In this document: piece by piece, positions 8,506 through 17,250 of the stretch
Layout of the letters: the number at the start of each line of letters is the position of its first letter
Numbering within the stretch: the stretch's first letter is position 1
DNA from: Nevskiales bacterium
GTDB lineage: Bacteria > Pseudomonadota > Gammaproteobacteria > Nevskiales > JBOICV01
Direction: 5' to 3'
DNA: 64,000 nt
NCBI GenBank assembly: GCA_050740255.1
Contig: JBOICV010000051.1
Coordinates: 7,118 to 71,117 of the forward strand
The notes under the pieces: model-generated
What the model was told of the DNA's origin: nothing
Seen by the model: the letters and a program-made list of their open reading frames with translations, nothing else
Databases searched by the model: none
Translations under genes and position numbers: made by a program

Positions 8506-10107
8506 CTACTGCGTGCGGATGGCGATCCCGCGGATGTTCAACGGCGTGCCGCCGCCGATGGGCATGGTGCCGACTTGCGTCGCTGCGCCAGTCGTAATAT
8601 TGATGCTGTAAAGATTCGACGCTCCACCCACCCGCAGCGCCGCCAGCGCCAAGCCGTTCTGGCCGCCGGCGATATCGAAGCTGTTGAGCGGGGAATTTTC
8701 CACCGCAATGCCCAGCGCCCCAGTCGGCGTCAAGGTTCCGTTATTGGGCGGGTTTTGCAGCTTGAGCATGTCATCGCCCGAATCGATTACGAACAGTTCC
8801 GTCGTGGTGGCGCCGGCAAAGTTGTTGGTATAGGCCGCCGCCACGACGTTGCCGGCAGGGGTCAGGTTGGCGTCGGTAAAGGTGTTGCCGGCGTCCGGAT
8901 TGACCACCCGCAGATTCTGTTCGGCATCGCTGACGACACGTAAAGCGACCGGACCGGTCGGATTGAAATCCAGACCGAAGGCCGTGCCGCTCAGCGTGGT
9001 GAAGGGCGTTGTGGCATCCATAATGTCGGCGGAGAGGACCGAAGCCAGTGTCGCCGCGCCGGTCAAGGTGTTGAGCTGATAGACGCGGCCGCTGCTGCCC
9101 AGCGCGTAAAGCAAACCATTGGACGGTCGGAAATCGAGCCCGTGGATGTTTTCTGCGGCTTGCAGACCGCTGATCGCGCCGACCGTGGTCACGGTTTGCG
9201 GCGTGCCGGGTGCGAAACGCACCAGCGTATTGGTGTCCGTGACGCCGAATACCGTGATCTCCGGCGGCGCCAGCGTGAGTCCACGAATGATTTCGCCGCC
9301 GCCAATCGTGCCGATAATCGTTGCCAAACCGGTCGCAAGATTGATGCTGTAAAGCTGCGAATTGGCGCCGACATTGAGCGCGGCCAGCGCGCGGCCATTG
9401 CGGCCATCGATTTCGAAACCGGTAACGCCGGGGGTATTCACCCCGAGCGCACCGACGGGGATCAGCGTACCGTTGTTCGGTGGATTCTGGATATGCAGCG
9501 TGTCGCCGGCGGCACCAACGGCATCAATCACGTACAAGGTGGTAGCGCTCGCGCCGGGGACGCTGTTGGTATAGGCCGCAGCCACGACGTTGGGCGTGCC
9601 GGGATTCAGATTGTCATCGGTAAAGGTGTTGCCGGCGTCCGGATTCGCCACCCGCAGGTTCTGGCCGCTGTTGCCGACGATGCGTAAAGCCACCAGTTCG
9701 GTGGGATTGAAGTCCACGCCAAAGTCGGTGCCGCTCAGGCCGGCGAAAGGCGATGAGGCATCGGTCGGATCCGCGGCCAGCGTCGAGGCCAGACTGGCCG
9801 CGCCGTTGAAAGTATTGAGCTGATACAGCCGGCCGTTGCTGCTCAGGCCGTAGAGCACGCCGGTGGACGGCCGGAAATCGATGCCGAGGATATTCTCACC
9901 CGCCTGCAGGCCGGAGATCGCGAGTATGCGCCGCGGTTGCTGCGGAAGATCGGAGTTGAATGAAATCAGCCGGTTCGAGGTGGTTACTGCGAACAAATCA
10001 CCGAACTGAAAAACGTCATCGTCGTCATCGTTGCTGCAGCTATTCATCGATAGCACCGCTAACACCACGACCAAGCTGCGTAACCCGCCACGGGCAATAG
10101 TAAACAT
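8506..10107 (-). CDS. secreted protein with two tandem DUF4394-like domains
   Basis: Signal peptide followed by NSCSNDDDDD. Two homologous halves of about 245 aa, each carrying GLDFRPSxGxLYxLxSxGRxYQLNTxxGAAxLAS and NLRVxNPDAGNTFTDxNL. Confidence 0.7.
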   Translation of the reverse strand: MFTIARGGLRSLVVVLAVLSMNSCSNDDDDDVFQFGDLFAVTTSNRLISFNSDLPQQPRRILAISGLQAGENILGIDFRPSTGVLYGLSSNGRLYQLNTFNGAASLASTLAADPTDASSPFAGLSGTDFGVDFNPTELVALRIVGNSGQNLRVANPDAGNTFTDDNLNPGTPNVVAAAYTNSVPGASATTLYVIDAVGAAGDTLHIQNPPNNGTLIPVGALGVNTPGVTGFEIDGRNGRALAALNVGANSQLYSINLATGLATIIGTIGGGEIIRGLTLAPPEITVFGVTDTNTLVRFAPGTPQTVTTVGAISGLQAAENIHGLDFRPSNGLLYALGSSGRVYQLNTLTGAATLASVLSADIMDATTPFTTLSGTAFGLDFNPTGPVALRVVSDAEQNLRVVNPDAGNTFTDANLTPAGNVVAAAYTNNFAGATTTELFVIDSGDDMLKLQNPPNNGTLTPTGALGIAVENSPLNSFDIAGGQNGLALAALRVGGASNLYSINITTGAATQVGTMPIGGGTPLNIRGIAIRTQ

Positions 10108-10215
10108 GTCTGCTCCTTGATATGTAGCGCCGAATGCGGCAACAAACTTACCGAGTCAGCGTGTTTCCTTAGTACGCCGTTCCCAGGCATCCAGGACGCG
10201 CTGATTTAGTCTAGC

Positions 10216-11595
10216 TCACTGTATAGGGTGTTCTGCAAGCCGTTTCAGCAACTTAGCGTGGATGCCGCCAAAGCTGCCGTTGGACATCACGACCACCCGA
10301 TCACCGGGTTTGGCCGCCTGGCCCACCGTCTGAACCAAACCGTCCAGATCGCCAATCACCTGCGCTCGTGCGCCGAGCGGCTTTACTGCAGCGGCGAGAT
10401 CCCACTTAAGTTCCGGCCCCTGATACAGGAACGCCAGGTCGGCGCCCTTGAGCGATTCGGCCAGCTCACGTTGATGCAGGCCCATGCGCATCGTGTTCGA
10501 GCGCGGTTCCAGCACGGCGAGAATGCGCTGCTTGGGGAAGCGCGCCCGCAGGCCGGCGAGCGTGGTGGTGATCGCCGTCGGGTGATGGGCGAAGTCGTCG
10601 TAGACGGCGATGCCGTTGACTTCGCCGCGCAACTCCAGCCGGCGTTTTACATTCTTGAACCGGCTCAATGCCACGCAGGCCGCGGCCGGAGCGACGCCGG
10701 CATGACGCGCCGCGGCGATGGCAGCCAGAGCGTTGGCGACGTTGTGCTGGCCCAGTAATTCCCACTCAACGCGGCCCTGTGTTTGCTGTTTGAACCGCAC
10801 TTCGAACCGGCTGCCGTCGGCCGCGAGCAACCGCGCTTGCCAGTCACCATCCGCACCAACGCCTTCGACCCCAAAACCTTCGACAGTGGTCCAGCAACCC
10901 ATTTGTAAAACGCGTGTGAGGCTCACGTCCGCGGCATTGCTGACGATCAGGCCGCGCCCCGGCACCGTGCGCACCAGATGATGGAACTGCCGCTCGATGC
11001 TGGCGAGATCCGGAAAAATGTCGGCGTGGTCGTATTCGAGGTTATTAAGCACCGCAGTCAGCGGACGGTAATGCACGAACTTTGAGCGCTTGTCGAAGAA
11101 GGCGGTGTCGTATTCGTCCGCTTCCACCACGAAGTGGCGGCCTTCCCCCAGACGCGCGGACATGCCGAAATTTTCCGGAATGCCGCCGATGAGAAAGCCG
11201 GGTTTTAACCCGGCGTGCTCCAGTATCCAGGCCAGCATGCTGCTGCTAGTGGTCTTGCCGTGCGTGCCGGCGACCGCGATCACGTGCCGGTCTTGCAGCA
11301 CATGTTCGGCCAGCCATTGCGGGCCCGAGGTATAAGGCAGACCCTGGTCGAGCACATATTCCATGGCGGCGTTGCCGCGCGAGATCACGTTGCCGACCAG
11401 GACCACATCCGGCGCCGGTTGCAGGTGTTCGGGTTGGTAGCCTTCCATCAAACCGATTCCCAACTGTGCGAGCTGGGTACTCATCGGCGGATAGACGTTC
11501 TGGTCGGAACCCGTGACCTTGTGACCGGCGGCGCGAGCGAGCGCCGCAACGCCGCCCATGAAGGTGCCGCAAATGCCCAGGATATGCAGGTGCAC
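10216..11595 (-). CDS. mpl: UDP-N-acetylmuramate:L-alanyl-gamma-D-glutamyl-meso-DAP ligase
   Basis: N-terminus MHLHILGICGTFMGGVAALARAAGHKVTGSD and the Mur-ligase P-loop AVAGTHGKTT. 459 aa. Confidence 0.9.
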   Translation of the reverse strand: MHLHILGICGTFMGGVAALARAAGHKVTGSDQNVYPPMSTQLAQLGIGLMEGYQPEHLQPAPDVVLVGNVISRGNAAMEYVLDQGLPYTSGPQWLAEHVLQDRHVIAVAGTHGKTTSSSMLAWILEHAGLKPGFLIGGIPENFGMSARLGEGRHFVVEADEYDTAFFDKRSKFVHYRPLTAVLNNLEYDHADIFPDLASIERQFHHLVRTVPGRGLIVSNAADVSLTRVLQMGCWTTVEGFGVEGVGADGDWQARLLAADGSRFEVRFKQQTQGRVEWELLGQHNVANALAAIAAARHAGVAPAAACVALSRFKNVKRRLELRGEVNGIAVYDDFAHHPTAITTTLAGLRARFPKQRILAVLEPRSNTMRMGLHQRELAESLKGADLAFLYQGPELKWDLAAAVKPLGARAQVIGDLDGLVQTVGQAAKPGDRVVVMSNGSFGGIHAKLLKRLAEHPIQ

Positions 11596-11600
11596 GCGCG

Positions 11601-12191
11601 TTAACTTCCCGTCAGCCCGGCGACGACGCGTATCATCACCAGCAGCAGCAGTTCATAGAGCAGCGCCAGCATCGCGCCGCGGCCCAGCGTGACCTCGAGC
11701 GCGTGCCGGTAAACCTGCGCCATCGCCAGCAGGTGCCAGAGGCTTATCGTCATATAACCGAGTAGCGCCAGAACCGGCGCCGGCGGCGGCTCCTGGCCGT
11801 CTTTCAGTACGCGCAATTGTTCGAGAAAGGGCTGCAGCTCGATCATGCACGGCAGCGCCGCCAGACCCAGCGCGATGCCGATCATGAGCAAGGCGGTAAA
11901 AGTTTGCGCGAAGCGCACATCCTTGCCGGTGCGCCGCAGCAGCCAGCGCGTGTACAGCGCCAGCATCGCGCTTACCGCCACCGCATGCAGCACCGCCTGG
12001 GCCTCGCTCATGCCAAGGCGCAGCACCAGCGCGTTCAGCAACACGTACGCCGCAACCAAGCCGCTCAGCAAACGCCAGGAGGACGGCAGGTCCTGTGGAC
12101 CGGCGCGCAGCAGCAGAATCTGGACAGTAACCCGCAGGGTTTGCAGCAGCACTGGGCAGGAGTTTGGGTGGCGGATGCGTGACGCGCGCAT
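11601..12191 (-). CDS. integral membrane protein, unknown function
   Basis: Several TM helices and a conserved-looking RAGPQDLP segment. Its stop is 5 nt upstream of the mpl start, so the two are probably co-transcribed. The true start may be the internal GTG (VLLQTLRV...). Confidence 0.6.
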   Translation of the reverse strand: MRASRIRHPNSCPVLLQTLRVTVQILLLRAGPQDLPSSWRLLSGLVAAYVLLNALVLRLGMSEAQAVLHAVAVSAMLALYTRWLLRRTGKDVRFAQTFTALLMIGIALGLAALPCMIELQPFLEQLRVLKDGQEPPPAPVLALLGYMTISLWHLLAMAQVYRHALEVTLGRGAMLALLYELLLLVMIRVVAGLTGS

Positions 12192-12229
12192 AATACCGGA
12201 CTCTTTGCGGCGCTCATATTTTTCCCTCC

Positions 12230-13387
12230 ATGCCCGACGCGCAGTATGTGGATCAGCCGCAGGCGCTCACGGAACTCTGCACCCGCCTGGGCAGCGCCGG
12301 CTGGCTGGCGCTCGACACCGAGTTCATGCGCGAGAAGACCTATTACCCCAGGCTCTGCCTGATTCAAATCGCCAGCATTGACGCGGTGGCGGTGATTGAT
12401 CCGCTCGCGCTGCCCGATCTCAAGCCGGTGTTCGAACTGCTGGCCAATCCCGCCTGCGTAAAAGTGCTGCACGCCGCCGGGCAGGATCTGGAAGTGCTGT
12501 ACCAGGCCGGCGCGCCGGCGCTGGCGCCGCTGTTCGATACCCAGCTCGCCGCCGCCCTGCTGGGGCATGGCGAGCAAATCGGCTACGCCGCACTGGTCAA
12601 GGCGCTGCTGGGTAAGGAATTGCACAAAGCGCATACGCGCGCCGACTGGAGCCGGCGGCCGCTCGATGCGGACGAATTGACCTACGCGGCCGACGATGTG
12701 CGTTATCTCGGTCCGCTTTACGCACAGTTGAACGACGAGCTACAGAGCACCGGGCGCAAGGACTGGCTAAGGCAGGAAACCGCGGCGCTGGCGGATCCCG
12801 TCAACTATCAACCCGATCCACAGGATCAGTGGCAGCGGCTGCGCGGCCTGCATCGGCTTGCGCCAGGCGCTCAGCATATTGCGGCGCGACTCGCCGCGTG
12901 GCGGGAAACGACCGCCATGCGGCTGAATCGTCCGCGCAAATGGATATTGGCGGACGAGGTTTTGACCGACATCGCGCAACGCGCGCCGCGCAACTTGGAG
13001 GAACTCCAGCGCTTGCGTGATATGCCGGAACGCACGCTGGCGCAACATGCCGATGCCTGGCTTGAATGCGTGCGGCAAGGATTAAGCGAGGCGGCGACAC
13101 CCGTGGTCGCGCCGCCGCAGCGGCTGAGTCCGGAACAGGCACCGCTGGCGGATTTGTTGATGAGTGCCTTGCGTCAGCTCGCAAGCGCCCAGCGCATCAG
13201 CCCGGCGCTGCTAGCGACGCGGGATGAAATTGATCGTCTGGTGCTGGGTCAGCGTGACCTTGCACTACTGCAAGGCTGGCGCGGAGAACTTGCCGGGCAG
13301 ACTTTGCTGGCGGCGCTGGAAGGGCAAGTGGGATTCCGAATCGCAAATGGCGAGCTGCGACTGGAAACTTTGGTGAAGTCGTCCTGA
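12230..13387 (+). CDS. rnd: ribonuclease D
   Basis: DEDD exonuclease motifs (LALDTEF, HAAGQDLEV, YAADDVRYL) followed by an HRDC region. 385 aa. Confidence 0.9.
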   Translation: MPDAQYVDQPQALTELCTRLGSAGWLALDTEFMREKTYYPRLCLIQIASIDAVAVIDPLALPDLKPVFELLANPACVKVLHAAGQDLEVLYQAGAPALAPLFDTQLAAALLGHGEQIGYAALVKALLGKELHKAHTRADWSRRPLDADELTYAADDVRYLGPLYAQLNDELQSTGRKDWLRQETAALADPVNYQPDPQDQWQRLRGLHRLAPGAQHIAARLAAWRETTAMRLNRPRKWILADEVLTDIAQRAPRNLEELQRLRDMPERTLAQHADAWLECVRQGLSEAATPVVAPPQRLSPEQAPLADLLMSALRQLASAQRISPALLATRDEIDRLVLGQRDLALLQGWRGELAGQTLLAALEGQVGFRIANGELRLETLVKSS

Positions 13388-13395
13388 GCCATCCA

Positions 13396-13500
13396 GTAGC
13401 CTGGATGAAGGCGCGACGCGCCGGAATCCGGGGTTAAGCGCTCAACCCGGATTCCGCTTAGCCTGTCCTGAGCCAGGTCGAAGGGCTCCATCCGGGCTAC
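13396..13500. repeat. REP-like nested palindromic element (family A)
   Basis: Outer arms GTAGCCTGGATG and CATCCGGGCTAC. Inner hairpin CGGAATCCGGG..CCCGGATTCCG. It contains cctgtcctgagccaggtcgaagggc, as in the 351-382 copy. Confidence 0.6.
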
Positions 13501-13515
13501 GGCTAGCCGGGAGAG

Positions 13516-14169
13516 TCAGAGTTTTTCCATCGCGCCGGTAATGCGGTGAAAGATATCGTCAATACTGCCGGAGTCACCCTTCACGCTGGTCAGCAGGCCG
13601 TGATCCATGTAGTACTCGACCAGCGGCTTGGTTTCACTCTGATAGACCTGCAGACGCTTGCGCACGGTGTCTTCGTTGTCATCGGCGCGACGCGTGAGAT
13701 TGTGCCCCCCGCAGACGTCACAGATATTAGCCTTGGCCGGCGGCGAAAAATAGGTGTTGAACATCTGGCCGCAGTCGGCACAGGTAAGCCGGCCGGTGAT
13801 CCGCTTCATGATCACTTCCAGATCCACATCAATCAGCAGCGCCGTATTCAGCGGCTGGCCGAGTCCCTTGAGCAATTCGTCCAAGGCCTTGGCCTGCGCC
13901 AGATTGCGCGGAAAACCGTCGAGGATGAAGCCTTTCTTGGTGTCACCCTGACCAAGGCGCTCCTTGAGCAGGCCCAGCACCAGCGAATCCGGCACCAGCT
14001 CGCCGGCATCCATTTTCGCCTTGGCCTGTTTGCCCAGTTCGGAGCCGGTCTTGACCGCGGCGCGCAGCAAGTCGCCGGTGGAAATCTGCGGCACGCCGAG
14101 ATGCTTTTCCAGCTTCTTGGCTTGGGTGCCTTTGCCCGAACCCGGAGCGCCCAGAAATACCAGTCTCAT
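13516..14169 (-). CDS. adk: adenylate kinase
   Basis: MRLVFLGAPGSGKGTQ P-loop and a Cys-containing LID (CADCG...CDVCG). 217 aa. Confidence 0.95.
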   Translation of the reverse strand: MRLVFLGAPGSGKGTQAKKLEKHLGVPQISTGDLLRAAVKTGSELGKQAKAKMDAGELVPDSLVLGLLKERLGQGDTKKGFILDGFPRNLAQAKALDELLKGLGQPLNTALLIDVDLEVIMKRITGRLTCADCGQMFNTYFSPPAKANICDVCGGHNLTRRADDNEDTVRKRLQVYQSETKPLVEYYMDHGLLTSVKGDSGSIDDIFHRITGAMEKL

Positions 14170-14347
14170 CGGTTCCTCTTCCTCCCCGGGAAGTATATAA
14201 ATGACAAGGGCCGCCGAGCGCCTGGGCGGCCCAAAAAATGAATTTTACCGTACCGCGAACAGCCGCGCCGCGTCAATTTGTATCGCTGCGCAGTTGGCCG
14301 CTTTTCCATTATCCTTAGCGGCCTTCATCGCTGCCCTGACTCCCCAT

Positions 14348-15616
14348 ATGGCTGCTCGGAACGCCTTTTACGCACAAAGCGGCGGCGTTACCGCCGTGAT
14401 CAATGCGTCCGCGGCGGGTTTGATTGAAGCCGCGCGCAAATATCCGCAGAAAATCGGCAAGGTTTACGCCGGGCGCAACGGCATCATCGGCGCGCTCACC
14501 GAAGACCTGATTGATACCAGCCAGGAACCGGAGGACTTGATCGCGGCCCTGCGCCACACGCCAGCCGGCGCCTTCGGCTCCTGCCGCTACAAGCTCAAGG
14601 GTTTCGACAAGAACCAGGCTGAGTATGAGCGTCTGATCGCAGTGTTCAAGGCGCATGACATCGGTTATTTCTTCTACAACGGCGGCGGCGACTCCGCCGA
14701 CACCTGTCTCAAGGTCAGCCAGCTGGGCGAGAAACTCGGTTATCCGATTCAGGCGATTCATGTGCCCAAGACCATGGACAACGACCTGCCGCTGACGGAC
14801 ACCTGTCCCGGCTTTGGCTCGGTCGCCAAGTACACCGCGGTAAGCATTCGTGAAGCGAGCTTCGACCTCGCCAGCATGGCCAAAACCTCGACCAAGGTGT
14901 TCATCCTGGAAGTGATGGGCCGCCACGCCGGCTGGACTGCCGCCGCGGGCGGTCTCGCGGCCGAAAGCGAGGGCGAAGGCCCGCAGGTGATTCTGTTCCC
15001 GGAAATCGTGTTCGACGAAGCAAAGTTCCTCGGCAAAGTGGATGCAACGGTCAAGAAAGTCGGCTGGTGCACCATCGTCGCCAGCGAGGGGCTGCACGCG
15101 CCCTCCGGCGAATTCCTGTCGGAAACCGGCAGCAAGGACGCCTTCGGTCACGCCCAGCTTGGCGGCCTGGCGCCGCTGCTGGCGAAGATCATCAAGGACA
15201 AGCTGGGCCACAAGTATCACTGGGCCGTCGCCGACTACTTGATGCGCGCGGCACGGCATATCGCCAGCAAGACCGATCTGGATCAGGCCTATGCCACCGG
15301 CCGCGCCGCGGTCGAGTTCGCCGTCGCCGGCAAGAGCGGCGTGATGGTGTCTATTGTGCGCAAATCCGACGATCCTTACGTCTGGGAGATCGGCGAGGCG
15401 CCGCTGACCCAGGTCGCCAACGTCGAGAAGAAGATGCCGCGCGACTACATCACGGAAGACGGCTTTCACATCACCGAGAAATGCCGCCGCTATCTGGCGC
15501 CCTTGATTGCCGGTGAGGACTACCCGCCCTTCACCAAGGGCCTGCCGCGTTACGCGATCCTGAAAAACTCGCCGGTGCCGAAGCAGCTCGCCGCTTTCGA
15601 ATTCAAGAAGTCATAG
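14348..15616 (+). CDS. pfp: pyrophosphate-dependent 6-phosphofructokinase
   Basis: I prefer the ATG at 14348 (MAARNAFYAQSGGVTAVINAS...), which gives 422 aa. PFK motifs GGGDS and PKTMDNDL, and a PPi-type N-terminus. Confidence 0.85.
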   Translation: MAARNAFYAQSGGVTAVINASAAGLIEAARKYPQKIGKVYAGRNGIIGALTEDLIDTSQEPEDLIAALRHTPAGAFGSCRYKLKGFDKNQAEYERLIAVFKAHDIGYFFYNGGGDSADTCLKVSQLGEKLGYPIQAIHVPKTMDNDLPLTDTCPGFGSVAKYTAVSIREASFDLASMAKTSTKVFILEVMGRHAGWTAAAGGLAAESEGEGPQVILFPEIVFDEAKFLGKVDATVKKVGWCTIVASEGLHAPSGEFLSETGSKDAFGHAQLGGLAPLLAKIIKDKLGHKYHWAVADYLMRAARHIASKTDLDQAYATGRAAVEFAVAGKSGVMVSIVRKSDDPYVWEIGEAPLTQVANVEKKMPRDYITEDGFHITEKCRRYLAPLIAGEDYPPFTKGLPRYAILKNSPVPKQLAAFEFKKS

Positions 15617-16117
15617 ACCCTGCGCGGGCGACAACAGAATAAGTAGCCGGGGGGCCCTGGAAAGCGTAGCGGCTTCGGCGCTACCGATCCCGTTCGCGCG
15701 GTTCAATCAGCCACGGTACCCAACCGCGCTCACGACCCCAGCGACTGCTGCCAAGCATAGCTCCGCCCAGATCAACCTTGGGCCTTACGCTTTTGCCGAC
15801 CCGAATGGCCGAAGGCCGGATTTCCGCGCGGCGAGCGGCGCCGGGCTGGCCTATACTATGTACTGGCGCGCGCGACACGGTGAAATTCTCTCGGCCGTAG
15901 CACGTCCCGCAAGGGGCGGCGCGCAATGCGGGTTCCTGAGAGGCCCCGCCGCGCGCCTCATTTCACTTCCAGCTTCCCTCGATCACGCTTCCGTTGCGCA
16001 GCAGGCTGCGCATATCCCTGTCGTTGCGGCGGCGAAGTGATGTTCCGAACAGCTTATCGCCGCGCGCCGTTGCCGGTTCATCATCCGGGAGTCCGGGGGA
16101 ATCGAGCTCGCGCTGCG

Positions 16118-17077
16118 TTACAGCAGCCGCGCAAGATGAAACCGGTGCAAGGGCGCGCCGGTGATCGGAAAGTGCACCAGGGACTCGACGCCTTGCCGCC
16201 CGCGCAGCGCTTCGAGGAAACGCGCTACAGCGCCCAGTGAATCGCAGAGTGCGATGCCGACGACGTCGTAGTGTCCCAGGCAGGTCACGAGCGCAGGGAT
16301 TTCTGCGCGACTGGATAAATATTCGACGATTCTGCGGCGAGATTTTCCCGGCGCGCGCAAGGCGAAGTAGGAGATCACGGCTTCACCGAGCGCGAAAGGA
16401 TCAAACATCGCGATCACGCGCACCATGCCGCTGTCCTCGAGTTGACGCAACCGCGTGCGGATCGTGTTCTCGCTGACTTTCAACTGCCGCGCGATCTCGC
16501 GATTGGATTGATGCGCGTCGTTGATCAGGCAGTTCATCAGCCGGTGATCAAGTTCGTCCAGTGGAATCGTCGTAACGGCAAATTCCCTGGGACTCCAGCG
16601 CGCTTGCGGCAGCGGCGTGCGATCGAAGACGTAGCGGTGATATTCGACGATCGGCAGGAATTCGACCGAAGCGACGCCTGCGATGCCGCCGATTTCGTCG
16701 GCCATGGCGCGCAGCTTGGGCAGGTCCTCTCCAAGCACGTGCGCGATCAGATCCACCGAACCCAGCGTATGACTTACCGACTGCACGTTGCTGCGGGCGC
16801 CGAGCACCTTGGCGACCGCTGCGCTCTGTGCACCCTCCAGCCGGATCAGTGCGAACGCCGAGACATGATAGGCGGCAAGCCGCCAATCCACGACCAGCGA
16901 TGCCGCCACGAGATTGTCGTCGCGCAGGCGCCGCAGCCGATTGGCGATTGACCACTCGGACAGGCCGGTTTCACGCGCCAGTTGCCGATTGGTCGCGCGC
17001 ACGTCCTTGACCAGCAGCCTGATCAGGCGCCGGTCGATTTCGTCGCAGCGACGCACGGGCATGTTGAAAGTGTGCAT
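16118..17077 (-). CDS. tandem (fused double) Lrp/AsnC-family transcriptional regulator
   Basis: Two HTH_AsnC units (IDRRLIRLLVKDVRATNRQLARETGLSEWSIANRLRRL and LDHRLMNCLINDAHQSNREIARQLKVSENTIRTRLRQL), each followed by a RAM-like region. I prefer the ATG at 17077, after AGGAGGG. Confidence 0.8.
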   Translation of the reverse strand: MHTFNMPVRRCDEIDRRLIRLLVKDVRATNRQLARETGLSEWSIANRLRRLRDDNLVAASLVVDWRLAAYHVSAFALIRLEGAQSAAVAKVLGARSNVQSVSHTLGSVDLIAHVLGEDLPKLRAMADEIGGIAGVASVEFLPIVEYHRYVFDRTPLPQARWSPREFAVTTIPLDELDHRLMNCLINDAHQSNREIARQLKVSENTIRTRLRQLEDSGMVRVIAMFDPFALGEAVISYFALRAPGKSRRRIVEYLSSRAEIPALVTCLGHYDVVGIALCDSLGAVARFLEALRGRQGVESLVHFPITGAPLHRFHLARLL

Positions 17078-17250
17078 TGCTCCGGCCCTCCTGCGCAATA
17101 GAGCGTCCTGAGTATTTTTGGGTTAAACCTATATTTGCGACGCAATTGTATGCATATTACATCGCATAGTTGACAAATCGGTCCAATAAGCTCTACATTG
17201 CATGGCGGTAGCAACAGGGCCGTAACGACCCGTCAGCGTCAGGAGCGCGT

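Noticed and set aside
14201-14347. N-terminal extensions in the ORF track for pfp (14201), hppA (28759), pirin (50579), acyl-CoA dehydrogenase (52522) and the metal hydrolase (7184)
   Set aside because: In each case the family-typical N-terminus begins at an internal ATG preceded by a recognisable Shine-Dalgarno sequence. The extensions are low-complexity or overlap neighbouring features.
15681-15926. 81-aa ORF on the minus strand in the pfp/AsnC gap
   Set aside because: It has no RBS, no recognisable motif and an Arg/Gly-rich composition. I treat it as non-coding or degraded sequence rather than a gene.
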